DNA from: Eledone cirrhosa
Lineage: Eukaryota
Direction of reading: 5' to 3'
Length of the DNA stretch: 64,000 nucleotides
Assembly (NCBI GenBank): GCA_964016885.1
Contig: OZ024749.1
Location: 37,138,001 to 37,202,000 of the forward strand
Translations under genes and position numbers: made by a program
Notes under the pieces: generated by a model
Seen by the model: the letters and a program-made list of their open reading frames with translations, nothing else
Database searches by the model: none
What the model was told of the DNA's origin: nothing
Part shown: one piece after another, positions 42,601 to 57,401 of the stretch
How the letters are laid out: each line of letters starts with the position of its first letter
How positions within the stretch are numbered: the first letter of the stretch is position 1

Positions 42601-42819
42601 CACTATATGATATCCAAGGGATAGGCAAGTGTTGATACCATTTCTCACGAGGGAAGTACTATGATATTTGTCTTAGGCCTCAGTACAATCACAGATTCAT
42701 CAAGCATCTCTAAATAGTCCTAGACTACCTAAAATGATAGAGATGGTCATGTGTGGGATATCTTTGTTCACAGGTCTCCTCGGTCAGACCTGAAGCTGAA
42801 TAACGACATCAACATTGAG

Positions 42820-42854
<35 letters not shown>

Positions 42855-43193
42855 CGCTACATACCACAAAAAACCTTTAGTTTAATATCAACATAATACA
42901 CAATGACTCTCTTACATATCCAACCAATCTGAAACTCAGACACACACACATACACACTTACACTTATAAATCAGGGAACACATACTCACAAACACACATA
43001 CACAGCCATACACGCATTATAGACAAGAACATAAACAACAATAACAACAGCACCAACAACAATAGACATAAAGCCAGATACACGTGAACTTTCATTGGTT
43101 AAACCCAGCAGCTGGTCAACATATTTCTCTTACTTATCAAATACCCTCTCTCCTAAGGTCTATGTATGCATGTGTGTATGTGGAGGGGTGCAT

Positions 43194-43242
<49 letters not shown>

Positions 43243-43306
43243 CATTTATATATACACACATATATATATATATATGTATATACACATATATTTATGTATA
43301 TGCATA

Positions 43307-43528
<222 letters not shown>

Positions 43529-43635
43529 ACACACACACAAGTCGTAGTCATGTGATATTACAGTTGGCAGCTGTCGTTCGTTTTCTAAACCGCCATCCGC
43601 CATGACAGTAGGTATATATATACATATATACATAC

Positions 43636-43680
<45 letters not shown>

Positions 43681-43732
43681 TGTGAGTCTATCGTGGGTCT
43701 CCGAATCAACTGTCAACGAGACAGTGTGGTGT

Positions 43733-43795
<63 letters not shown>

Positions 43796-44398
43796 AGGTT
43801 AGCGAAAGAGGCGGTGAAACAGAGAGAGAGAGAGAGAGAGAGCTATATAGAGATGGGTGGTGGTGGTAGGTGGTGGTGGTGGTGGGAGGGGAGGAGAGAG
43901 ATAGGGAATGAAAGAGAAGGGGAGACGCAGTGATGTGTTTAAAGAGATATAGAATGGGTGACAATAACAATCATTATCATTATTATTATAATGAGGAATT
44001 GGAGGCGGAGGAGGAGGAGGAGGAATTGGAGGCGGAGGAGGAGGAGGAGGAGGGGTGAGGCAGGAGGAGGAGGGGTGAGATCAATTGTCATTAATATCTT
44101 AAACAAAGAACACAATAAAGGCGTTAATGTTAATAATGTTTTAATTACCTCGCCGCCGCCACCACCACCACCACCACCAACGCCGCCATCAATAAAACTA
44201 CTTACAACAATAATAATAATAAAAACAACAACAATATCCCAACATCGACAACAGTAATAATAATGTGTTTTTTCATGATTGTTATTACCACCCGGATGAG
44301 GCCGCCACACAACACACAATACGGTGCAATATGATACAATACAAATAATGAGGTTACGGGTTTATAAGCACATATTTGTAAAAATCACACAGACACAG

Positions 44399-44453
<55 letters not shown>

Positions 44454-44462
44454 TGTGTCTGT

Positions 44463-44525
<63 letters not shown>

Positions 44526-44589
44526 ACAATAATAAATATGAAGACTAAAATCCGAAGAGGACCCGATAAGTATATATAAATATATATAA

Positions 44590-44649
<60 letters not shown>

Positions 44650-44835
44650 ATAATGATGGCTGCCCGTTGCAAATGGTGGTGCATATGAAAAAGTGAGTCC
44701 TTCATCAGTGACCCTCCAACCGTCCCAGGCATTTCATCGCTTTAAGGGCCATATGCCTCAGGTTGGTGCGAACAACGGCTAAAAAAAGTCGTTGGGACAC
44801 GTAAATAAAGGGGACGTTAGGGTATATATATATAT

Positions 44836-45079
44836 ATAATATATTAATAAATGGAAACTAAATTTATAAAACCATAATTATTTTATTATATATATTTCAA
44901 GGGCAACCAAAGCAGTCTTGGTGCGCTTTCATCAGATAAAATACAAAATTTGTTTTATAAATAGTGACATAACCGTGGAAAACAACATTGACGGTACTCC
45001 AGTAATTTGTTGAGTGCTCCATATCAGTTATAAACTTTTAAGTTTGTTGGAATCCCCAAAAATTAAATATAACTTCTGC

Positions 45080-45080
<1 letters not shown>
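44836..45080 (+). mobile_element. Family C element (inverted arm joined to tail)
   Basis: HHR on minus at 44879-44943 (CTGATGA-AAGCGCACCAA..TTGGTTGCCCTT-GAAA-TATATA-TA^); tail homologous to 10601-10690. Confidence 0.75.
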
Positions 45081-45112
<32 letters not shown>

Positions 45113-45204
45113 GAGGTATATTACATATATAAACACATGTATTTCATACACACGTGCAAACAAACATAGATTGGTGTATATATATATATTCATATATATA
45201 TTCA

Positions 45205-45274
<70 letters not shown>

Positions 45275-45323
45275 ACTCACTCACTCACTCTCTCTCTCAC
45301 TCTCTCTCACTCTTTGTATATAT

Positions 45324-45522
45324 AAAAAGAGTCAGGACCCCAACGGCTGAGCTCCGGCCGTTTCGACAGCTAGATCCGGACAGTTCGGATCTAGCTGTCG
45401 AAACGACCGGAGCTCAGTCATCAGTGTCCTGTCTCTTTTCCTATTACCCACTCTACTACCCTAAATATCGAGTACTCTGGTGCTTTATGGTCCACCTGGT
45501 ATCTTACCACACCTTCTTTGTT
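45324..45522 (+). mobile_element. Family A foldback element (tail on right)
   Basis: Arms fold near 45380. Confidence 0.78.
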
Positions 45523-45631
45523 ATATATATATATATTCTGTTTTTATTTGTTTTAACATATTTTAAAAATAAGAGATGTGTGAAATTATGTAGAATTTCC
45601 AACCTTATTTCATCCTCCTCCTTTAAATTTA

Positions 45632-46461
45632 CAGTAAGTCCCCACCTTACGAACATCCGACTTACGAACGAACTTCCGCAGATACGAACAATCGCGCGAA
45701 GAAAAATAAATTGTCTTTGTTTGTTTGAAATTCGCGTTTTTGTGGGCCCTTTTAAGCCCTGTGTTCTTTCTTTTGTAGCATCAAAAAAGGGTTCCTTCTT
45801 TTGCATCATAAAAAAGGGTTCCTTGTTTCGCATCATAAAAAAGGGTTCCTTCTTTCGCAGCATAAAAAAAGGGTTCCTTCTTTCGCAGCATAAAAAAGGG
45901 TTCCTTCTTTCGCAGTATAAAAACGTACCTATCGTATGGGATTCCATTCTGTTTTCGCAGAATTGAAAAAGGGACATTTTTTTCTTATTTATTATCATTA
46001 GCTTTACAGTACTTAAATTCATTATTATATGTTATATATACGGCTATATACTGTATATATACCTCTATATTATATGTTATATATACCTCTATATACTGTA
46101 TATATACCTCTATATTATATGTTATATATACCTCTCTATACTGTGTATATACCTCTATATTACATGTTAACGAAGGAAGTGTGGTAAAGAATCAGGTGGA
46201 CCATAACGCACCAGAGTACTCGATACTTTGGGTAGTAGAGTGGGTAATAGGAAAATAGCTGTCGAAAGGGGTCTGACTCTTTTCCTATTACATGTTATAT
46301 ATACCTCTATATACTGTACATATATCACTCATATGGAAACTTGCAGTATCAATGTAACACATATGGGCTTACTGCTACCTACTGCGCTAGACGATCGACT
46401 TACGAACCCAATCAAATAACGAACGGCCTCTTCGAACGTTCGTAAGTTTGGGGACTTACTG
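45632..46461. mobile_element. Non-autonomous pogo/Tigger-like DNA transposon
   Basis: TIR CAGTAAGTCCCCA..CTTACGAAC at both ends with TA TSD; contains a ~28-bp tandem repeat (45775-45920) and a nested family A copy (46169-46290). Confidence 0.85.
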
Positions 46462-46629
46462 TAATCTAATTTTTATATCAATTGCATTTTTCAGAACCTT
46501 GAAATAAAGATCTCAAAACAGGCTAGCTGATAGATATTGTCCTAATTTGAAGAGGGGATTGTCACCACTAAAATGCCTTTGATTCATACATGTGCTACTA
46601 CTGTCCCCGCTACCATCACCGTTGCCACC

Positions 46630-46700
<71 letters not shown>

Positions 46701-49255
46701 GCAGCTGCTGCTGCTGCTACTACTACAACTACTACTACATCTACTACTACTATTACTACTACTACTACTATTACTACTACTACTACTACTACTACTACTG
46801 CTACTACTGCTACTACTGCTACTGCTGCTGCTACTACTGCTACTACTCCTTTCCTTTGTTTATCATCTCCATCTCAATGCTTTTTCTCCTTCACAGACAA
46901 CCACTAACAACAACACTAACACCACCAACACCACTACCAGCACCAGCACCATCCACACCACCACCACCACCACCACCATCACCACCACCATCACCACCAC
47001 CACCACCACCACCACCACCACCATCACCACCACCATCACCACCACCACCATCACCATCACCACCACCATCACCACCACCACCACCACCACCACCACCACA
47101 CCACCACCACCATCACTACCACCATCACCACCACCACCATCACCACCACCATCACCACCACCACTACACAACACACGCCTTCACCACCACCACCACCACC
47201 ACCACCACCATCACTACCACCGTCACCACCACCACCATCACCACCACCACCATCCACACCACCACTACACAATACATGCCTTCACCACCACCACCACCAC
47301 CACCACCATCACCACCACTACCACCACCACCACCACCACCATCACCACCACCATCACCACCACCACCACCGCCATCACTACCACCATCACCACCACCACC
47401 ACCACCACCACCACCATCACCACCACCATCACCACCACCACCATCACCACCACCATCACCACCACAACCACCGCCATCACCACCACCATCACCATCACCA
47501 CCACCACCACCACCACCACCACCACCACCGCCATCACCACCACCATCACCACCACCACCACCACCACCACCACTACCACCACCACCACCACCACCACCAC
47601 CATCACCACCACCACCATCACTACCACCACCACCGCCATCACTACCACCACCACCACCACCATCACCACCACCATCACCACCACCATCACCACCACCATC
47701 ACCACCACCACGACCACCGCCATCACCACCATCACCACCACCATCACCACCACCATCACCACCATCACCACCACCACCACCACCACCACCACCATCACCA
47801 CCACCACCACCACCATCACCACCATCACCACCATCACCACCACCACCACCACCATCACCACCATCACCACCACCACCACCACGACCACCGCCATCACCAC
47901 CATCACCACCACCATCACCACCACCATCACCACCACCATCACCACCATCACCACCACCACCACCACCACCACCACCATCACCACCACACCATCACCACCA
48001 CCGCCATCACCACCATCACCACCATCACCACCACCACCATCACCACCACCACCATCACCACCACCATCACCACCACCACCACTACACAACACACACCACC
48101 ACCACCACCACCACCACCACCACCACCACCATCACTACCACCACCACCGCCATCACTACCACCACCACCACCACCACCACCATCACCACCACCACCATCA
48201 CCACCACCATCACCACCACCACCACTACACAACACACACCACCATCACCACCACCACCATCACCACCACCACCATCACCACCACCATCACCACCACCACC
48301 ACTACACAACACACACCACCACCACCACCACCACCACCACCACCACCACCATCACTACCACCACCACCGCCATCACTACCACCACCACCACCACCACCAC
48401 CATCACCACCACCACCATCACCACCACCATCACCACCACCACCACTACACAACACACACCACCATCACCACCACCACCATCACCACCACCACCATCACCA
48501 CCACCATCACCACCACCACCACTACACAACACACACCACCACCACCACCACCACCACCACCACCACCACCATCACTACCACCACCACCGCCATCACTACC
48601 ACCACCACCACCACCACCACCATCACCACCACCACCATCACCACCACCATCACCACCACCACCACTACACAACACACACCACCATCACCACCACCACCAT
48701 CACCACCACCACCATCACCACCACCATCACCACCACCACCACTACACAACACACACCACCACCACCACCACCACCACCACCACCACCACCATCACTACCA
48801 CCACCACCGCCATCACTACCACCACCACCACCACCACCACCATCACCACCACCACCATCACCACCACCATCACCACCACCACCACTACACAACACACACC
48901 ACCATCACCACCACCACCATCACCACCACCACCATCACCACCACCATCACCACCACCACCACTACACAACACACACCACCACCACCACCACCACCACCAC
49001 CACCACCACCATCACTACCACCACCACCGCCATCACTACCACCACCACCACCACCACCACCATCACCACCACCACCATCACCACCACCATCACCACCACC
49101 ACCACTACACAACACACACCACCACCACCACCACCACCACCACCACCACCACCATCACTACCACCACCACCGCCATCACTACCACCACCACCACCACCAC
49201 CACCATCACCACCACCACCGCCACCACCACCATCACCACCACCGCCATCACCACA
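46630..49255. repeat. (CTA)n, then (CAC/CAT)n satellite with a 220-bp higher-order repeat
   Basis: The marker actacacaacacac recurs at alternating 143- and 77-bp spacing across ~48080-49120. Confidence 0.9.
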
Positions 49256-49361
49256 GTGCCTGCTGGGTGGAGTCGATGTTTGACCAAATTCACCAATATA
49301 CAATGATTGACTGACCGTTGTCCAGTCAGGCCTGAGGGAGTTTCTTTCAAACATTGACTGG

Positions 49362-50230
<869 letters not shown>

Positions 50231-50638
50231 TATCATCCTTCACAAGTCTGTTCTGATCAAGTTGGCCAATGATCAAAGGTTGCTTTCCAGCCGCGAATGA
50301 CCCCCACGCCACATTTTATGGTCATCTTAGAATATAGTTTGTAATATTTTCAGTTTGGCAATCATTCGAATTTAGATCACAAACACTTCCAGCAATCTTC
50401 GTAAATGTCCAGCCGAGAAAGTGACTGACAAGTCGTCATCTGTATAACTTTTGAAATGCTTTAGGTCTTATTAGCCCGGGATTTAATTTTTTGACAATTT
50501 TCTCTCAATTTTCTTTTTAATTTCTGGCAAGGCCAGTCGTAAAATTGCTCGGTATGTAATGAGGGTAATCAGTCAATGTATACTGTAGTAAATACTATAT
50601 ATTTTCAAAAGTTCAATCGAGTAACAGAGGGCTATACA

Positions 50639-50676
50639 GTCCTGATGAAGGGAAATGACCCAGAAACATGTTGGAC
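50639..50676 (+). ncRNA. Degenerate minimal hammerhead-like motif
   Basis: GTC-CTGATGA-A-GGG-AAATGA-CCC-A-GAAA-CATG-TT-g-GAC; palindromic ACATGT; register is imperfect. Confidence 0.4.
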
Positions 50677-50766
50677 AAACGGATGGCGATAGTCATCAAA
50701 ATCAAAACATGGCATAAATGAGGCCGTTTGCTCGCAAACGAATCGAATACAATTATTATTAATCGA

Positions 50767-50960
50767 AGGCGGTGGATTGGCAGTATCGGTAGAGGGTCGG
50801 ATGCCATGCTTTGTAGCATAGAGTTACAGCCCTTTACGTTTTGAGTTCAAATCCCGCCGTGGTTAACTTTGCCTTTCATCCTTACGGGGTCGATAAAATA
50901 AAGTACCAGTAATGCACTGGCAGTAATTGCTGGCCTTGTGCCAAACGTAGAAACAATTAT
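50767..50960 (+). mobile_element. SINE family D
   Basis: Full-length match. Confidence 0.85.
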
Positions 50961-51380
50961 CATTAATCGATATAACCCACATTTACATTTTTCTGAATCT
51001 TTTAATCTTTTATTGGTTTCAGTCAGTAGAGTGCGGCCATGCTAGGGCATCGATTTGATTTTGTCGATCATATCGATTCCAGTACTTATTTTGTCAGGTC
51101 TGGTCCTTATTTTATAGATACGTATAGTAAACATCTAAAGCTGTCACCGCCTCCATCTCTCTCACCTTCCCCCATCTCTCCGTATGGTGAGCAAATAGGG
51201 TCCCACGTGCTGGCCTCCCCGACAGATAGAACGGAGAAGGCGTTTCCCCGGAGGATGGTAAGGGGGATGCGCTTTTATAGATCCCTTTTTTTTGTTGAAC
51301 TGCTAAATTACGCGACATGAACACGGGCCGAACCTTACATTGATGAACGAACACATACTCACACCCAGAGAAGGAGAGAA

Positions 51381-52222
51381 AGTATGATAGAGAGGAAGTG
51401 TGATAGAGAGGAAGTGTGATAGAGAGGAAGTGTGATAGAGAGGAAGTGTGATAGAGAGGAAGTGTGATAGAGAGGAAGTGTGATAGAGAGGAAGTGTGAT
51501 AGAGAGGAAGTGTGATAGAGAGGAAGTGTGATAGAGAGGAAGTGTGATAGAGAGGAAGTGTGATAGAGAGAAAGTGTGATAGAGAGGAAGTGTGATAGAG
51601 AGGAAGTGTGATAGAGAGGAAGTGTGATAGAGAGGAAGTGTGATAGAGAGGAAGTGTGATAGAGAGAAAGTGTGATAGAGAGGAAGTGTGATAGAGAGGA
51701 AGTATGATAGAGAGGAAGTGTGATGGAGAGGAAGTGTGATAGAGAGAAAGAGTGATAGAGAGAAAGAGTGATAGAGAGGAAGTGTGATAGAAAGGAAGTG
51801 TGATAGAGAGGAAGTGTGAAAGAGAGAAAGGGTGATAGAGAGGAATACGTGTGATAGAGAGGAAGTGTGATAGAGAGGAAGTATGATAGAGAGGAAGTGT
51901 GACAGAGAGGAAGTGTGATAGAGAGGAAGTATGATAGAGAGGAAGTATGATAGAGAGGAAGTATGATAGAGAGAAAGAGTGACAGAGAGGAAGTGTGATA
52001 GAGAGGAAGTATGATAGAGAGGAAGTATGATAGAGAGAAAGAGTGATAGAGAGAAAGAGTGATAGAGAGAAAGTATGATAGAGAGAAAGAGTGATAGAGA
52101 GAAAGAGTGATAGAGAGAAAGAGTGATAGAGAGAAAGAGTGATAGAGAGAAAGAGTGATAGAGAGAAAGAGTGATAGAGAGAAAGAGTGATAGAGAGAAA
52201 GAGTGATAGAGAGAAAGTATGA
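51381..52222. repeat. 16-bp minisatellite (GATAGAGAGGAAGTGT)n
   Basis: About 52 units; ORF 51359-52270 is its translation. Confidence 0.95.
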
Positions 52223-52577
52223 GGGAGATTTAGAGGAATAATCGACTTCGTATTCTTTTCTTATCAACATCGAAAGAATGAAAGTTTACCTCAGCGGGGA
52301 TTTGAACTCGAGTCTAACAACACAAAATATTCTATCCACAGTTCTCACGAGTATGCTAATTCACGGCCTAATCTTTCCGTTATTGTTCATTGTTCAAGAT
52401 GTGTCTGTGTGTGAGAGGAGGAATTTAGCTGCTTTTTCTAACAGGTCAAGCTACCATATAGAGGCTCACGCGTTGACTTGTGAAGGCAGATGTAGAGGTT
52501 GCGATGTCTGTAGGGTATATGTGGGATTTACCAGTAGAGCAAGTGGAATTGAGGGGAATGTTGAGGGCTATGGTATG

Positions 52578-52611
<34 letters not shown>

Positions 52612-52640
52612 TGTATGTATGTATGCATGTGTGTATGTAT

Positions 52641-53249
52641 GTCAGGTCACCACTTGGTGCTACTGGTAACATGTATCCCAGTACAACCTGTCTCATGGTC
52701 GGGTCGTTGGCGACTAAACTGGCAACCCCACCAAGGTTTCTTGGTGAGGAGGGTGACTTTGGACATCCTGCAGGACTAAAAACAAAACCTGTCAAAGGGC
52801 AAAGGAGCTCTTAAGAGTCAATGGCCATCCAAAATCACCGGGAGAGATGACCCCTTAGCCTTTGTCAAGGCAGAATTCTAGGAGAAGGAAAACTCTGATA
52901 TAACACCTGCAACCCTGATGGTATCCAATGATGTTGACTTGTTCTTCTTTTTGGTAAATATCATCTTGGTTAAGAGAGTGGGACTGGCTTTGTGCAGTGC
53001 CTTTGCTCACTATAAAAGCTTCACGGCACAGGCATTGCTTTGTATCTGGAGATCTCTCTGCACTTGTCGTCACATGGTACCATGGGCCCAGCACTATGTG
53101 TCAATAATTGTCACAAGTGTAGTGTTTGTACCAGAGTTTTCAAGTTGCTGGCTGGACTAAAAAGTCACACTCGTTCAGCGTATCGGTAGGGGTTCTCCTG
53201 CATGGATATAAAGTAGTGGCCGTACTCGAAAACGAGTTGGCAGCCACCA
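52641..53249 (+). mobile_element. Family G bipartite non-autonomous RTE-like element in (TATG)n
   Basis: ggagaaggaaaactctgat RTE 5'UTR-like motif; 3' frame [22 protein letters not shown]; terminal hairpin ctcg-aaaa-cgag; long (TATG/TACG)n tail. Confidence 0.72.
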
Positions 53250-54249
53250 TGTATGTATGTATGTATGTATGTATGTATGTATGTATGTATGTATGTACGT
53301 ATGTATATATGTATGTATGTACGTACGTATGTATGTATATATGTATGTATGTACGTACGTATGTATATATGTATGTATGTACGTACGTACGTATGTATGT
53401 GTGTATGTATATATGTATGTATGTATGTACGTACGTATGTATGTATATATGTATGTATGTACGTACGTACGTATGTATGCATGTGTGTATGTATATATGT
53501 ATATATGTATGTATGTACGTACGTATGTATGTACGTACGTATGTATGTATGCATGCATGTGTGTATGTATATATGTATGTATGTACGTACGTATGTATGT
53601 ATGTATGTATGTACGTACGTATGTATGTATATATGTATGTATGTACGTACGTATGTATGCATGTATGTATGTATATATGTATCTATGTACGTACGTATGT
53701 ATGTATGCATGCATGTATGTGTATATCTATGTGTGTATGTGTATGTGTGTGTGTGTGTGTGAGAAAGTGTGGTGCTTATGTGAATGTGTATGTATGTATG
53801 TATGTATGTATGTATGTATGTATGTATGTATGTATGTATGTATGTATATGTATATATATATATATGTGTGTATGAGAGAGAGTCTCGTGCTTATATGAAT
53901 GTGTATGTAAGGTATATATGCGTGTATACGTATGTGTGGTGTATGTATATATATGTGAGTGTATGGTGTATGAGTGTGTGTAAGAGCGTGTGCCTATATA
54001 TATGTGAGAGAGTGTGTGTGTGGTGTATATACATGTGTAGATTAGACATGGTATATGGAGACGAAGAGGCGCCCTTTAAGGCAGGACAAGAATAGAGTCA
54101 CTCAAGCGAGCTATTGCTTACTCCGTTGTCATTTCCATGGACAATCTTTGGAGGACATGTATGTATATATATATATATATATATACATATACACATATAT
54201 ATATATGTGTATATGTATATATATATATATATGTGTGTGCGTATATGTA

Positions 54250-54374
<125 letters not shown>

Positions 54375-54540
54375 GTATACATATACACACATATATATAT
54401 ATATATGTGTGTATTTGTATATATATGTATATATATATATTTGTATATATATATATATATGTGTGTGTATATATATATATATCAAACACACACATATATA
54501 TGTATGTGTGTATTTGTATATATATGTATATATATATTTG

Positions 54541-54571
<31 letters not shown>

Positions 54572-54638
54572 TCAAACACACACATATATATATATATATA
54601 AAATATATACATATATAAAAATATACACCCGCAAACAC

Positions 54639-54676
<38 letters not shown>

Positions 54677-54732
54677 CATACACACACACATATATATAAT
54701 ATACATATATAACAATACACACCCACAAACAC

Positions 54733-54801
<69 letters not shown>

Positions 54802-56130
54802 TATATATATATATATATACACACCTACAGACGTATAGACACCTGTCTAGATTCTCATTACTACACTATCTCTATTTTAATGTTTCCTTCAGCATCGTAT
54901 ACACAAACCCATAGATGCCCCTTCACCCTCTCACACAAAAACACATACTCCCTTAACCCACCCCTACACATATGTAGACATCTACCCATACTTGTGAAGG
55001 GGTGCTAAACTCACCTTTGCTTTTTGGCCCTCAACCAATATTTTCACACATTTAAACACAAACCTTTTAGTGAATGACCGATCTATTTAAAAATAATAAT
55101 AACTCCTTTCAATAAACCTCAAATAAAAACTAGATAAATGGATCTCCACCAGTTTCAACGATGAGTGTTTCAGGTTTTTGAGTCACTGGAGTGGCCTAGT
55201 CTTTATTTTTACGCGTAGATGGCTGACTATTCCCCACAAACGTGCACTTTTAATGTAATTAATTCGGAGGTAGATTTAACATGAAACGATGTATAACAAA
55301 CAAGACTGGAACATTTGAATTTCAGGCACAGTCCACCTTATAAAATAGTCACAGTGGCTGAGTATTCCACGACCACGTTTGACCTTAATATGGTTTTACT
55401 CATTTGAACTACAGGTAGATTTCATCCATTTAACAGGTTTCCAAATAATTTCCACCCATTTAATTTCACTTCTAAAATGCTTGAATTAACCCAATTTATG
55501 GTAAAAAAAAAAAACATTTCTGGCCCAGATGCCATGCAGAGAAATCGAAAGCAAAACCTAAAGATTTTGAATTGAACAATTCGGCAAAGTTTGCATCCAT
55601 TAAGATGACACCTACCTAGATTTGGAGCGCTAAACTATTTGAATCAAGAAGCGAATATAAAATGTTAAACTAAACATTAGTGAGATTAGAAACCGAGATA
55701 TTTTCACCTGCTTCAGTTATAAGGCACTAAATGAGGTGGAATGCTCCGCAGTATTTGTTCAGACTATCTGAGTTCAAATACCGTTGTGGTTAACTTCGTC
55801 TGCCATCGTTCAGAGTTCAATAAATGAAGTACTATTCCAGGACTGGGGTCAATTCCTGCTCTTCTTCTTTTCTTCCACTCCCCTTTTCTCTCTCTCATTC
55901 TCAAAGAAATTGGCTGTGATCAGACCTGAAATCATGAACTTATGAACTCATGCAGTTTCGGTTTGTCTGTTCAAGCAAGACTTTACGAAGGCGAAAAGGC
56001 TTGCTGGACACACAAGCCGAAACCACTTGGCGCCGCGATCGGGATTTTTACATATCTCTATACCCAATCTGCATCTCCCCATTCACTGAGTACTCCCATG
56101 AATAGTGGTCTCCCCGGTATCAGCACCTCA

Positions 56131-56166
<36 letters not shown>

Positions 56167-56190
56167 ATATATATATATATATATATATAT

Positions 56191-56515
56191 GGAGGCACAT
56201 GGCTTAGTGGTTAGAGCATTGGCCTTGCAATCGAAAGGTTGTGAGTTCAATCCTCAGACCGGGTGATGTGTTGTTTCCTTGAGCAAGACACTTTATTTCA
56301 CATTGCTCCAGTTTACTCAGCTGTAGAAATGAGATGATAGGGACTGGAGTCCTTATCATTCCACTGCAAAGTGGTCGTGGAGGTGCCACGGCAAAAAAGC
56401 ACCCAGCACTCACTGTAAATGAGGTTGGTGTTAGGAAGGGCATCCAGCTGTAGAAATCAAGCCAGCATCAGTTCCCGTCCCACCCTTGCAAGCAGGGAAA
56501 AGTGGACGTAAAATG
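56191..56515 (+). mobile_element. tRNA-derived SINE (E-type head) with an RTE-derived 3' tail
   Basis: A and B boxes; 3' cccgtcccacccttgcaagcagggaaaagtggacgtaaaat matches the RTE end at 29298-29335. Confidence 0.8.
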
Positions 56516-56544
56516 AAATGATGAATGATGATATATATATATAT

Positions 56545-56730
56545 AACGAAGGAATTGTGGCAAGGAACCAGACGGACCATAACGCACCAGAGTACTCAAT
56601 ACTTAGGGTAGTAGAGTGGGTAATAGGAAAAGGTATGACCCCCACGGCAGACCTCAAGCCATTTCGACGGCTATTTCCAGAAATAGCCGTCGAAGCGGCT
56701 TGAGCTCTGTCGTCGGGTCATACCTTTTCA
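56545..56730 (-). mobile_element. Family A foldback element
   Basis: Tail plus arms folding near 56679; TA-flanked. Confidence 0.78.
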
Positions 56731-56889
56731 TATATATATATATATATATAAATTTAAATATTTGTATTTATATATATATGTGTAAAAGTTAAACCGAAAT
56801 AACAACACAATCAGTTCAGTATATGGAAGGGAAAGTAGCGATTCTTTGCTTAAACTTTAATCTATTCTTATAATAAATATCTGCTCTAC

Positions 56890-56937
<48 letters not shown>

Positions 56938-56986
56938 GTGTGTATGTGTGTTTGGGTGATATATATATAGAGAGAGAGATAGATAT

Positions 56987-57079
56987 GTTTCTTTATTAGC
57001 CACAGGGGCACAAAAGAAGGGGACAAATACAAAGGGGGAAGTTTACATACAATAAAAGCGTGTAAAATGTTATCACAAA
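56987..57079 (-). mobile_element. Family F short 3' end next to (GATA)n
   Basis: Reverse complement of the last ~90 bp of 13582-13982. Confidence 0.7.
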
Positions 57080-57401
57080 TGCATATATATATATAGATAG
57101 ATAGATAGATAGATAGATAGGGAGAGAGAGAGGGAGAGAGAGTGTGTGTGCGTGTGTGTGAATATATGTATTTGTGTGTATGCGTAATAAAAATAAATCC
57201 AATGTTTATGGTATTTAAGATGTCCTCTGTGAAGTTAAGTGTTGCCATTATCACCCTTTCATTTATTTTGTATATTAATGTCTCTTCTACTGTCTTTGTT
57301 GCTTATTTCTAGTTGTTACTGTTGCTATTGTTGTTATTTATAGTTGTGAACGTTGTTTTATAATTGTCGTTAATGCTGCTATTGCTGGTTGTTATTACCA
57401 T

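Noticed and set aside
44690-44760. Hammerhead in family J (CTGATGA on minus, also at 14512-14518)
   Set aside because: No GAAA closing a stem II downstream, and no permuted fold could be built.
46573-49314. 913-aa and 904-aa ORFs resembling mucin or extensin
   Set aside because: They are translations of (CTA)n/(CAC)n satellite, open in several frames on both strands only because the repeat lacks stops.
51359-52270. 303-aa ORF
   Set aside because: Translation of the 16-bp minisatellite.
52641-52730. HDV-like ribozyme in the family G 5' region (GTA-TCCCAG-TAC looks like P3/L3)
   Set aside because: P1 and P2 could not be paired consistently across the 52641 and 60575 copies by eye; it needs a descriptor search.
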